The notes below the pieces were generated by a model. The model had not been told where the DNA came from and made no database searches. It worked only from the letters and a program-made list of their open reading frames with translations. The position numbers were made by a program, and so were the translations under genes. A stretch of 64,000 nucleotides of DNA from Takakia lepidozioides (Eukaryota > Plantae > Bryophyta), in assembly GCA_030704615.1 (NCBI GenBank), contig CM060733.1, positions 66,030,001 to 66,094,000 of the forward strand. The letters run 5' to 3'. Positions within the stretch are counted from its first letter, which is position 1. The number at the start of each line of letters is the position of its first letter. Shown here piece by piece: positions 48,369 through 61,078 of the stretch.

Positions 48369-51045
48369 TTGCTCTTTGCTGGAGAAGGGGACGACCCCTA
48401 CTGGCGATTGTCCACGAGCTTCAACCGTGTGTCTTTGTCTTGTGCTTTCAACTTCAAAAGGCTTGCCTTTCCAGACCGCGTCCTTGAAACGCACAGGGCT
48501 AGGCCCGACAGGAAGACCCGTGCTCGTCGATTGGCTGGGTGTGCGTGCTGCAGCTATCTCCACGGTTTCTTCTTGCGGCTCTTCGGATGCCTGCGATCCC
48601 TCCACCACCTCCACCTTTGGAGTTAGGCATGCAAACATTTTCTACATTCAAGTGTCCTAACATACAGTCTAACAATTGCACCAAAAAGAGGAGGGAGGGT
48701 TTCGGTGCTCGATCAGCTGCGCGCATCCCGATAGCACAGAGCTCTCACTGGAGGCTGCGTTGGCTGTTGCTGCGCAATGACCATCTCATCCTGAAGACGC
48801 ATTTGCTTTTTCCCCTTCGGCATTGGCCTGTCCGAAGTACAACTTGCGGAGCTTGCGACGACGTCTCTTCTCTGGTGCAGGAACTTCCTCCCTCTCAAGT
48901 TGGAGTATAAGAAAAACAGAAACACGGAAAAAGGGCAAAGAGTGCAGATGGAAAGGGCGCGAGAGGGGTGAATGAGCAACCACAAAAAAACTACATCAAA
49001 CGGCGGGGATGCACCGCTTGGGTTCGAAAGGCTGGGCTGGAAGTGTCTCTTCATGGACTATGCGTCGTTAGGAAATTCAAATCCTTCAAGATACGTGTGC
49101 AGTCTGCCGGACAAACATCATTATCCAATGGTCAGGCCCCGCCGCCTCCTGCCACTTCAACCAGCATGAGTGCAGAGATCAAAATGCGGCGCCGCATTAC
49201 TACCCTTCAATCTCGCCTTACCTTTTGCATCCCGATGTAGGATAAAAATCTCAGGGTGGACTCGAGCCACATGGAAATGCGGTGCCGCATTTCCGTTGGC
49301 CCACGTGTTCATTTATCATGCAGTATGAGCATGTACGGGAATGTTGAGGCGCATTCCGTTGCAACTGTTGGAAATTGTATCCCACGGACGGAAATGCGGC
49401 ATTTCCGTCCCAGCGTCTGATGAGTTACAGTGACAACGGAAATGCGGTGCCGCATTTCCGTTCCAGCTAGTGTTGAGTTACATCCATAACGGAAATGCGG
49501 TTTAATGCCTGAGATACAAAACGGAAATGCGGCGCCGCATTTCCGTTCGAATGTTTCATGACTTACATGCAGAACGGAAATGCGGCACTTGTTACATGCC
49601 TTACATGTTGGACGGAAATGCGGCGCCACATTTCTGTTCTGGAGGATTGAATGGTAGACCTCGGACGGAAATGCGGTGCCGTATTTCCATTCCACTGTTA
49701 CATGCCTTACATAATGGACGGTAATGCGGAGCCGCATTTCCGTTCTGGAGGATTGAATGGTAGACCTCGGACGGAAATGCGGTGCCGCATTTCCGTTCCA
49801 CTGTTACATGCCTTACATAATGGACGGTAATGCGGCGCCGCATTTCCGTTCTAGAGGATTGAAAAGTACACCTCAGACGGAAATGCAGTGCTGCATTTTC
49901 GTTCCACTGTTTTATCACTTACATTCATTTCCGTCATGACGCATTGACTGAAAGACCTCGGACGGAAATGCGGCACCGCATTTACGTTCATCACTTCCTC
50001 AGTTACACACAAAACGGAATACGGTTTTCCGTCCGTACACTATAAAACGAAGCTGTCATAGTGGAAATGTTTCAGGACTTATTGAAAAAAGTTTACAGAA
50101 GGTGAGAATAGTCGTTGTGCGCATGGCCGTTGTGGGTTGAAGAGAGGGGAAATTGCAATACAAAAAAGAAGTCGGGGTATTTATGGTTCTCTTCTCTCTC
50201 GTCCTCCAGTTGTTTGTCGATATCGCGCTTCCGCCTGAAGTTGCAAGATGCAGTCATGTCATGGTGCCACCTGCATTCGACGAAGTGGAATTTGAGGTCC
50301 TCGCATTTGCGAATCCCGGAGCTGGGAGATATTATGGTGGAGTTGGAGTTCAGTGGACCGACGCGCATGGTGACGAGTTTCCGGGCAGTTCTTTGGGATT
50401 CTCGTTGGGTGAGACCCGGAAGTGGACAACAGTGGATACTTGTGTGCAAGACAGACCATGGAGACAAAGTGTGCATCTGTTCATGATGAGATGTTTTTGT
50501 GGGGAGCTCGTCAGGTCGTACTACCATGCTTACACCCTACCTCCACAGTACCTCCTACCTGATCGGGCTGTTGAGTTGGTGACTCACTTTTTAGGGCCCG
50601 GGAATATATTGCTGACACTGAGGGAGAACCGGAACATGTTTGTGTTGGACGTGCGCGAGTACCACGATGATGTTGAGGATCTCCCACCTGGCATGGAATA
50701 CCTGCATGTTTTCACGAACCTCACCAATATAGATATCTTGTATCTTCATGTGCGCCATCTCCATCCAGATACTGGCAATGGTGACTGGACGAATATAGCG
50801 CCACTCCTCATTCTGGACCCGTTCTTTCAAGATTCCATCGTCCGTGTAGTCGATCTGAACACAATGGAATAGGCATCGGAACGGGGAACCTCAAGAACAT
50901 TGTCGGGGGTGTTTCAATTCTACAGGCCGTGGTAGTGCTGTCCTCCATTTGGGGACATAAGTTATTTAGAGAGGACTCCGGACTTATTCCCATGAAGAAA
51001 AAATATAAGATTTTGGTGAATATGGATTTCTCTTGTGAATCGTCA
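48369..51045. repeat. Inverted near-identical duplicate of about 25040-27720 (ParB 5' end, array, ORF3)
   Basis: Matching ORF translations on opposite strands, for example 27362+ and 48499-, 25265+ and 50591-. Confidence 0.92.
50153..50872 (+). CDS. Orphan ORF3 of the element (up to 239 aa, unknown function)
   Basis: Open frame between two palindrome arrays, co-oriented with the transposase; three copies in the window. Confidence 0.5.
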   Translation: MQYKKEVGVFMVLFSLVLQLFVDIALPPEVARCSHVMVPPAFDEVEFEVLAFANPGAGRYYGGVGVQWTDAHGDEFPGSSLGFSLGETRKWTTVDTCVQDRPWRQSVHLFMMRCFCGELVRSYYHAYTLPPQYLLPDRAVELVTHFLGPGNILLTLRENRNMFVLDVREYHDDVEDLPPGMEYLHVFTNLTNIDILYLHVRHLHPDTGNGDWTNIAPLLILDPFFQDSIVRVVDLNTME

Positions 51046-51779
51046 TGTCCTCAGCTTTTTGTAGTTGTCTTTGTGTTGTTGTCCTTGTCTGCCTGAAGTC
51101 TGCAAGTTTTTCAATCTTTCATAATCGGACTTCTTCCTGAACATGTGATTTCTTACTGTCTTACTATTTCGGCATATGTTCCTCGATGTAGAAACGAACA
51201 TCCCGGACGGAATGCGGCACCGCATTTCCGTCGGCTCTCTTCCAAAGGAAGAGCCCGGACGGAATTGCGATACCGCATTTTTGTTCCAGCATTTGTTTGG
51301 TGAGACAGTGGACGGAAATGCAGTGCCACATTTTCGTTCACACTCAGAGAGAGGACGAGCTCGAACGGGAATGCGGCACCGCATTTCCGTTCCGGGATGT
51401 GCACTGGGATGCTTTGTCTTCGATACAACGGAAATGCGGCCTCTCTTTGTGAGCACAACTTGGTTGTCTAACCGTTTTAACTAACATTCCTGGTACTTGT
51501 CAGTGCGAACGTTCATGTCTACCTCGAGAATATGGCAGGATCTAGCCTTAGCAAAATCTGTTAGGAGATGGTATTGGTTCGCCGACCCCATCATTGTCAT
51601 ACATCCGCGATATGGAATTGGAGCTCCCACCTTCATGCATGTATCTTGGGACATTCTGCTGGACTTCAATGTGCGACTTCCAATCGTCGATGGCCTCCGT
51701 AGTTGCAAAAACTTGATGCCCACTGAGCCTTCGTCTCTCATTATACAGAATGTCGCACCTGCCAACTTCGTGCGGTGTT

Positions 51780-52170
51780 CGGTGGCTCCCAATTCCTACG
51801 CTATCGTGTGCTGTCCTCCCCAACTTGGGAGAGCCTGGATCTCCAAACAAGGGAGGACTTTGCAGAGTGACGGAGACTTACATTTGTTCCAAATTTAAGC
51901 TCAAACCGGGCACAGTGTATTTGGAAGAAGAAAGGAAGGATGTCCCAGGACAGGTTGATGAGATCATTGTCGTGCTACATGCCGACAGAGGTTGCTGAAT
52001 CAAGTGGCACGTACCCCCATCAGATACCATTTTGTATCGCGCTATGGGAATGCCCATTCCGTTCCCGAATCAGTCGGTGCCCACACCATCCACAAAAGAA
52101 TCGGGAAACCGGCAGGCGGCCACTGCCACCAGAGAGGTATGCAACGATAATCATTCCCGACCTGGACCGT
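51780..52170 (+). pseudogene. GCM-like/MULE transposase N-terminus (copy F), interrupted by a CACTA element
   Basis: NSYAIVCCPPQLGRAW..GGLCRVTETYICSKFKLKPG..NHSRPGPS. Confidence 0.8.
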
Positions 52171-55100
52171 CACTAGAAGAGAAACCGGCTTTTTCCACGG
52201 CTTTTTCCACACTTTTTGCTGTGGAATCAGCCACAGTCCACACCTGCCATGGGTGTAAGGAACGACTAGTGCTTTTGGACACCCCGTGGACAGCCTGGCT
52301 CTCGGGTGGCCCTGTGGAAAAGTCCACGGGAGGCTTTTTCCATGGGTGGGCTTTTTTCACGGGGTGCATGGTGACATGGCCGCTGACATGGCCGATGACA
52401 TAGCTGACATGGCAAAGTGTGAAAAAGGCCAGTGTGGCATGTTTCACGGCGGATTTCACACCTTGAACAAGCCACTATGCCACACGTGTCATATTTCACA
52501 CCTTCGACAAGTCACTATGCAACACGTGTTCGTTCCTGTGTGGTGGTACACATTAATTAATTAATTATTTGCTTTCCAATATTAAGTTTGAATATTAATG
52601 GATTTAATTTATTATTATTATTATTATTATAGGAAAAATGGACAGTGGCCTGGATGAGAACATTATTAAATAACAAAATATTGAAATTATGTTCTTAGAA
52701 ATTATATTTATTCGCTCAGATACCAAAACACACCCTTTGCAGGGAAGGAGAGTTTGCCTTAGTGTCTATGCTGAGTTGCGTCTCCTACTCTCTGTAATCT
52801 AATAGACATTCACCTTTTTCCCTCGGTTGTCCCACCCTTGACTGCGGTCAGAAAAACATACATTCCACAACTTCTCCACATCTGTTACATGTTTCTGGAT
52901 ACTTTCCTATTGTCACTTTGGCAGTATCATGTCAAAATCACTCCAAACTATGTACCATCTACCCATGCAGGTTTCTTGTAGCTAACCCTCCACAGGGAAT
53001 CATAAGTAATCTGGAGCTTGAAATCTGGCCCTCTTGGATGACACTCTAACCCTGCTCCTTCAGCTATCCATGCCTCTGCACAGATCATGCATACATCCTT
53101 GCATTGTTGTTAGCAGCTGCCAATGGCAGCCTAGATTTGTTCCAGCAAACACCCAACTCAACTTATCACACCAGTTCCTATTCTCAATTGCATCTACCAC
53201 TCTGTAATCCAAAGGCATTTACCTTCCAAGACGGTTGTCCCAACATTGACTGGGGTCAGAAAAGTATTCATTCCACAGCTTCTCCTCTCTGTTACCTATT
53301 TCTGGATACTTTCCTATTGTCACTTTGGCAGTATCATGTCAAAGTCACTCCAAACTATCAAAGGTTCACTCAACCACCTAACTTGCAGAGAATTCTTAAA
53401 ACATGAAAATTTAGGGCGATTCTGATAAGAGGGGAAAACAGAGTGAAATGGGTTGAAGAAGGTGCCTTGATTAGCATTGCCTGATTTTATCAATTGTGCC
53501 GCTGCTGCTGCGGCTTCCAGTTGACCATCTACCCATGCAGGTTTCTTGGAACTATTTTTCCACGGGGAATCACCCCTTCCCGCATCATTGCTCATAGGTC
53601 TCCAAAGCCTCCATCCACGCCCTTGCTGTGCATATCCTGCAATCATCGCACTCCACGACACCACATCTCGTTCAGCCATACTGTCAAACACTTCCTTTGC
53701 ATCCTCGATGCACCCACATTCGGCATACATGCAGTCCACCGGGGCAGTGTTCAGAATGACATTGGGTACAATTCCAGATTTGACGATGTCACCATGGACC
53801 TCTTTGCCATTTTCCAGAGCTCCCAGGCTTGCACATGCATTACAAACAAATGTGATGTGGTTGGGCTTCACCCCTTCGCGCAGCAGTTGCTCATAGGTCT
53901 CCAAAGCATTCCTACCACACCCATGTTGAATCCTGCCAACATTATATTCAACGTGATCAAAGTTCGTTGAGGCATTCCGTTGAACACTCGGTGTGCATTC
54001 ATGATGCTCCTGCACTTAACATACATGTTCACAAGGGGGTTGAGGAGAAAAACACTTGGTGTGAATCCACTTTGGATAATGTGACTGAAATGCTCCTTGG
54101 TTTAAAGGTTGTAGAGCCTCTTTCAGTCTGCCTGCCTCACAAAGCATCTTCACATGCCCACAAGAGCAAGAAGAGGCATTATGGACTCCCTCTCTTGATC
54201 CTCTTTTAGAAGCTGTGGTATGGTTGAGGTGCCTGATTTAAATTAGGGCTGCCAGGCCTGCAATGCACACAAACATGATGTGGCCGGGCTGAACCCCTTC
54301 CCCCATCATTTGCTCATAGGTCTCCAAAGCCTCCATCCCACGTCCCTGTTGTGCATACCCTGCAAGCATCGCACTCCACGACACCACATCTCGTTCAGCC
54401 ATAATGTTGAACATTCCCTTTGCATCCTCGATGCACCCACATTTTGCATACATATCCACTAGGGTATTGTTCAAAATGACATTTGGTACAATTCCAGCTC
54501 TGAAGGTGTCACCATGGACCTCCTTCCCCTTTTCCAGAGCTGCCAGGGCAGTGTATGGAATGACATTAGGTACAATTCCAGCTTTGATGATATCCCCATG
54601 CACCTATTTGCCCTTCTCCAGGGCTGCCAGGCCTGCAATGCAAACAAACAGGATGTGGCCGGGCTGAACCCTTTCCCCCATCATTTGCTCATAGGTCTCC
54701 AAAGCCTCCATCCCACGTCCCTGTTGTGCATACCCTGCAAGCATCGCACTCCACGACACCACATCTCGTTCAGCCATAGTGTTGAACACTCCCTTTGCAT
54801 CCCCGATGCACCCACATTTTGCATACATGTCCACTAGGGTATTGTTCAGAATGACATTTGGTACAATTCCAGCTCTGAAGATGTCACCACGGACCTCCTT
54901 CCCCTTTTCCAGAGCTGCCAGGGCAGTGTATGGAATGACATTAGGTACAATTCCAGCTTTGATGATATCCCCATGCACCTCTTTACCCTTCTCCAGGGCT
55001 GCCAGGCCTACAATGCATACAAACATGATGTGGCTGGGCTGGACCCCTTCCCCCATCATTTGCTCATAGGTCTCCAAAGCCTCCATCCCACGTCCCTGTT

Positions 55101-57382
55101 GTGCATACCCTGCAAGCATTGCACTCCACGACACCACATCTCGTTCAGCCATAGTGTTGAACACTCCCTTTGCATCCCCGATGCACCCACATTTTGCCTA
55201 CATATCCACTAGGGTATTGTTCAAAATAACATTTGGTACAATTCCAGCTCTGAAGGTGTCACCATGGACCTCCTTCCCTTTTTCCAGAGCTGCCAGGGCA
55301 GTACAATTCCAGCTTTGATGATATCCCCATGCACCTCTTTGCCCTTCTCCAGGGCTGCCAGGCCTGCAATGCATACAAACATGATGTGGCCAGGCTGGAC
55401 CCCTTCCCCCATCAGTTGCTCATAGGTCTCCAAAGCCTCCATCCCATGTCCGTGCTTTGCATACCCTGCAAGCATCGCACTCCACGACACCACATTTCGT
55501 TCAGCCATAGTGTTGAACACTCCCTTTGCATCCTCGATGCACCCACATTTTGCATACATGTCCACCAGGGTATTGTTCAAAATGACATTTGGTACAATTC
55601 CAGCTCTGAAGGTGTCACCATGGAACTACCAGGGCAGTGTTTCGAATGACATTAGGTACAATTCCAGCTTTGATGATATCCCCATGCACCTCTTTGCCCT
55701 TCTCCAGGGCTGCCAGGCGTGCAATGCATACAAACATAATGTGGCCGGGCTGGACCCCTTCCCCCATCATTTGCTCATAGGTCTCCAAAGCCTCCATCCC
55801 ACATCCCTGCTGTGCATACCCTGCAAGCATCGCACTCCACGACACCACATCTCGTTCAGCCATAGTGTTGAACACTCCCTTTGCATCCCCGAGACACCCA
55901 CATTTTGCATATATGTCCACTAGGGTATTGTTCAGAATGACATTTGGTACAATTCCAGCTCTGAAGATGTCACCACGGACCTCCTTCCCCTTTTCCAGAG
56001 CTGCCAGGGCAGTGTTTAGAATGACATTAGGTACAATTCCAGCTTTGATGATATCCCCATGCACCTCTTTGCCCTTCTCAAGGGTTGCTAGGCTTGCACA
56101 AGCATTGCAATGCACACAAACATGATGTGAGAGGGCAAAACAGGTTGAAATAGGTCAAAGAAGAAGATGCCCTCACCACATTGTCCTTGAGGTTGTGTCA
56201 TGACTTGACCGACCATCAACCCAAAAGGACCTCTTGTGTGTGCTGCCTTGTGTCTGTAGTCAGGTAATGTCGGATTGGTCTATGAGATCGAACCACCACG
56301 GTGTAGCTGAGTAGGCAGAGATTGAAACACGGCCTGCTATGACCAAGCTAACTCTCCCAAGAACGGCAAGCTCGCAAGAATGTTGCGAGCTTCTCCTCGT
56401 CTCATCTCCTCCTCCTCTCCTCCTTCTTGCATCATTTGCTCAACTCCTCCATCCCACGCCCCTGCATATCCTGCGATCATCGCGTTCCATCCCTCGGCTA
56501 CATGGTGTGGCGCAGGGAACCAAAAAAAAACGCCAAGTCCCAGCCCTCCTCTGTGTTCATGATTACCCTAGTGGGCAACCTTTTTAACCTTTTGCACTTT
56601 GATTCATTCTAGGTCAGAGGCTAAAGTCCTGCTATCATACTTGTCTAGAAAACCAAAACACCACGTAGACAAACATTTGATAATGGTAATAAAATATATT
56701 ACCATTGGGCTGGTTTGAACACTTGTTAGTAAATTTAGGTTAGGATTTTTAGGTTAGGATTTTTAGGTTAGGATTTTTTCGAAATATTCTGGTTTTTTCT
56801 TTGATGTGTGAGATGACAAAGTCCAAGCATGTCACATAAACAAGGAGTTCAACGTAAGGATGATGCAAGTGATTTGTGGCAAAAAGTGTAAATCATGCCT
56901 ATGCCTATTTATCCTAGTTGTGTCATAGGTTGCAACGGAACGGGGCCACCTTTGAATGCGATCCCCATGCTCATTTCACCAAGGGCATTATAGACTTCAT
57001 AATGTAGAGATTGAAAATGGGGTGTATTCTTCATTTGCTAGTACCATCGTGCAGATTTCTAAACATGAACATGAAGTTCATAATCATTTTCCAAGGGCAT
57101 CATTCTCAAACTCCCCATACACCACAATCAGTGGAAATAATTGTATGTTCCCATTTCACACAGGTGTGTAACATGCCATGTAAACTAAGCCAACCCCTGC
57201 CATGCTCATGGCTGTTTTCACACCGTTCTTGCCTGGGGTGTGGACCACATGTGAGACACCCCACAGTTAGGGCATATTTAGACCCACACCTTGGCTCAGT
57301 GTACAGACCCGTGATAAAAGCCGTGGAATGTGCCAGGTGTGAGATGACAGAGCCGTGGAAAAAGCCGGTTTCTCTTCTAGTG
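52171..57382. mobile_element. Non-autonomous CACTA element of a second family (5212 bp) carrying PPR/OSB fragments; TSD CGT
   Basis: 32-bp perfect TIR CACTAGAAGAGAAACCGGCTTTTTCCACGGCT; CGT on both sides; removing it restores GPSRPSIASRVD in the transposase. Confidence 0.95.
53320..56130 (-). pseudogene. Tandemly amplified PLS-class PPR fragments (about five units of roughly 360 bp) joined to OSB-like sequence
   Basis: Repeated LEKGKEVHGDI..IVPNVILNNTLVDMYAKCGCIEDAKGVFNTMAERDVVSWSAMLAGYAQQGRGMEALETYEQM; runs into KKPAWVDGQL. Confidence 0.9.
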
Positions 57383-58595
57383 CGTCAAGACCTTCCATAG
57401 CTTCTCGTGTGGATATATTCGACATTTCAGACGACAAAGATGACTGCATGGAAGTCCCATGTCCTCCACACGGTCGTTCAAATCCGCCATGGATGTCTCT
57501 GCAGGTGCTACACATGTACCCCCGAGCATAACTCCAACCCGCTCCATTGTGGAACTCCTCCGGCAACATCACCTGGACGGTCCTTGCTCCGAGCTTGCTG
57601 CTCTTGACTATACCAAATTTCCAGTTACGCAGGTTACGTATTTGCCTCCCGAGGTCGATGAGAATGTGATCTTCGAGTGTCCACCTGTGGAATCGTCAAA
57701 CAAAGCCTCAGGGATGTTAACCAACATGGATCGAAAGCATGACGGACACCCTTGGTGTGTGACGAATACCAGTAGTACCAAAATTGCAGATGGTGTTCGT
57801 GTAAGATACGTCCTCTGTGCAGGGAAGCTGAGGTGCCTCAATCTAGCTTGCTTCCACTTTCTCTCCAAAGGAGGTCGGAGAAACAAGACGGATTGGACGG
57901 GCACAACCCATCACCCATTCATTGTCTCCAGCCAGGCTCCTTTGGGTACTTTCAAGTGCGCCCATTGCAAAGATCCACCAACATGCATGTCAATGTGCAA
58001 AGCCAAGCAATATTTATGTCGGTAGTATGTTGCCAGACTTGACAAGAGCTTGCATACACGTTGGTGTGCACTGCCACCCTTTGGCAAGAGGCAACATGCG
58101 GGAGGCTGTGCAGGAAGCACAACAGATCATAAAAGAGGAGGTGAAGTTGAGCCCCGGAGCCAGACCAAAGTAGATTCAGCTGAAGGCATCCCACAAGATT
58201 GCTCTAGGGAAAATTATGTCTGAAGATGGAAAGGACCGGGTGCCCTTGGATGACAAAGAGATGGTTGACCTCTTGGAGTCCGTCTCGCACGTTTGTAGCC
58301 CAAATGTACGGAATCACGTTGTATCTTGCAAGCATGAATTCGGCCGGGGGTCAGACATGCACTCAATCCTGGAGGTGAAACGAAGGTGTGGATATGACTA
58401 CATCCAAGGTAGCAGGTTTCCTGGGCAAGGCAGTGAAACCGACCGTTGTTTCATCTTCAAAATGTCCACCTGTGGGCCTAGGAGTGGAGTGGACTTGGTC
58501 ACTCGAATGACAACTGGGAACTTGTCGAATGCTTGGGTGATGTTTTACCACATCAAGCGAATTACAAACCATCACTGGGTGACCATGGGTGCGCA
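57383..58595 (+). pseudogene. GCM-like/MULE transposase continuation (copy F), truncated after D1
   Basis: ORFs 57459-58025 and 58216 onward, to HWVTMGA. Confidence 0.88.
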
Positions 58596-60190
58596 ATGCA
58601 CTTACAAACAGTTACTCTGGCAAGAGAGCAGAATTGATTACAAACAGCCACATGACAACGGAAGAAGTAAGAGATAGAAACAGACTGCGAGAGGTAGAGA
58701 TGCTTGAGCCAAGTGATCTTGGCCAAGAAGAATCATCAAAATTGGGTACAACAACAGGTTGGTTATGGGAGGATGAAGAAAAGAAAGACATGTCACAGGT
58801 AGGCCTGAAATGGATTCGTTTTCGTCCTATTGTGCCAAAAAAATCTTCTGTACTTCTCCTTCTGTACCCTATTACCTCCATAGTGCTCGATCTCTGCATG
58901 TATGTTGCAAACGATTTCCTCCCTGATTCGCTTCTCTGGCACCCATTTGCCGTTGAAGGTGAGCTTCCCTCTTTCAAATTTGTATCCTGCCGTTCTTCTT
59001 TTTATCCTCCTGATTTCATTATCATCCAAGTAGTCATTAGGCTGCCCAAACGTAATCAGATGCATTGCTTGTATGTCGTCCAGTATGTCCGCGCTCCTTT
59101 CCTCCATCCTTTCTTGGGTGTCTTTGCATATCCATTGCTCTTGCTCATTCTCTGCTGCTTGTAACAAATTCACCTGCATTTCTTAGTGATGGGGCTACTT
59201 CTTCTACTAACCATGACTGCCAACAGTTCTTCTTCCTCCGGTGATTGTGGTTTGCTGATGTAATCATCTCCGTATCTCTCGTGATTCTCCTCCGTGTGAC
59301 ACTGGTGTGTAACTTCTTCATATTGCCCTTCCTCCTCCGCTGAGTTGTTCTCTTCCTCATCTTCTTGGCTTGCCCTCACCTGGTTGTTGTCAATTTCCTG
59401 CTCGTTTCTCCCTTGGCTCCTGGTAAATACCATGTTCACTCTTGGTGTATTTTCTTCTAGTCTTATGTTGATAAGTCGCTGAGTGATTTCTTCCTCCGTC
59501 AACCTGCTTTGACATTGCCTTTTGTTATGACTTGGCTTGCAGTACTGGCATATCCTTCGCTGGTATGGCTCCCCTAATTTTCTCTTTGCTGGTTCTCCCT
59601 TTGATGTCAGGGACATGCTGCTTGTTTCTGGAAGTGGTTTTCTCCACACCCCTTCTGTCTTGGTAAGCTTCCACCCCTCTGGCTGCCCATCTCCGTCTTC
59701 ACCTTCCATTTGAATCAGGCTGGTGCTAAGGACGTGTGTGGAGTGTCAAAAAGCAAAAAGCGCAGCACCATTGTGATCAGGAATGAAGAATTGCAGAGCA
59801 TCCCAATCAAGGATATCTTCTATCGAATTGCACTGGATACAGCAGGACCACTACCAGAATCAAGCGAGGGAAGTAAATATGCCATAAACGCAGTTGACCA
59901 CTTCTCAAAATGGATAGAGGTAAGCGCGGTGAAAGATCATACCTCCCGGTTGGCTGCCAGATTCTTTGAAGAGCAGGTGATATATCGATATGGAGTACCG
60001 CATTCGGTGCTCACGGATCACGGATCAGAGTGGACAAAGGAGTTTGAGACCACGTGCATGAAATTTGCAATCAAACATGAGAGGTCAGCGCCTTATTGGC
60101 CTCAATGCAATGGGATGGTGGAAAGATTGATTCGGTCACTCAAAGAAAGCATGGTTGGAAATAGAGAGTGTGTCTGTCTTGAGAGTCGAT
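58596..60190. mobile_element. Fragment of a second gypsy-type element (knuckle-like region and integrase) with an internal inversion at about 58812-59712
   Basis: Plus strand FYRIALDTAGPLP..AVDHFSKWIE..VLTDHGSEW..PQCNGMVERLIRSLK; minus strand IHAEIEHYG..RRFFWHN and CQYC..H..C. Confidence 0.8.
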
Positions 60191-60839
60191 AGAAAGGGTG
60201 TCCATGATTTCTTGAATATTAAGAGGGCCGGGGTTGGGGTGTATGTATCCGCAGCATAGTAATAATAGATTTGAACAAATACTTGAGTATAGGTTGTTTG
60301 TGGCAGGGGGATGGTGGTAGAAGTGTTTTGATTTTTCTGGGTGTAGTTGATACCGACCATGGGGGCAATGGGTGAGGGGTTGTATTCTATGGATTATTTT
60401 ATTGGTACACGGGCTGGTAAAGGGGGTCGGGTTAAGGGGGGTTTGTAGAGGACGAGCCGAGTGCGGGTAAGAGTAGCTAGTAGAGATAGAGTGGGTAGGG
60501 GGGATATATTGGGGATGGAGTACGGGGGGTGTGTGTGTGCATATACTTAAGGAAATATGTATGATATAGGGGGGGAGGGAGTAAGATAACGATTGATGGT
60601 GTTGGTTGTGGGTGCATATGTGGATAAATGAGATGACAGTTGGTGGGGGTTGTGGTTTTTAGTGTTGGGGCTATAAGGTGAGTAGGCGAGTAGCGTGGAT
60701 GGGTGGCTCTGGGCAGGGACGTAGATGACCGCAAGCACGGATGAATGAGATGACGGTTGGGTGTATGAGTGTGGAAGGGTTTGATTTTATTTTGTGTAGG
60801 CACATGGCGCCTTCTATCTTCGGCCATTTGGTGGGTGCA

Positions 60840-61078
60840 GGATGGATGGTAATCACGTGAAAGAAGAGGACTGGAGAGTGATGGATGATAATCACTTGAA
60901 AGAGAACTAGAGAATGATAATCATTTGAAAAAGAGCTGGAGAGTGATGGATGATACTCACTTGAAGGAGAGCTGGAGAGTGTTGGATGGTAATCACTTGA
61001 AAGAGAGCTGGAAAATGATGGATGATAATCACTTGAAAGAGAGCTGGAAAATGATGGATGATAATCATTTGAAAGACC
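60840..61078. repeat. 36-bp minisatellite (about 6-7 copies)
   Basis: GATGGATGATAATCACTTGAAAGAGAGCTGGAAAAT. Confidence 0.85.

Noticed and set aside
53320-56130. Functional host PPR editing-factor gene
   Set aside because: It lies within CACTA TIRs, has stops and frameshifts, and shows no E/DYW domain or targeting peptide
56733-56779. Interstitial telomere repeat (TTTAGGTTAGGATT x3)
   Set aside because: Only three copies of a 14-bp unit, not a canonical TTTAGGG run
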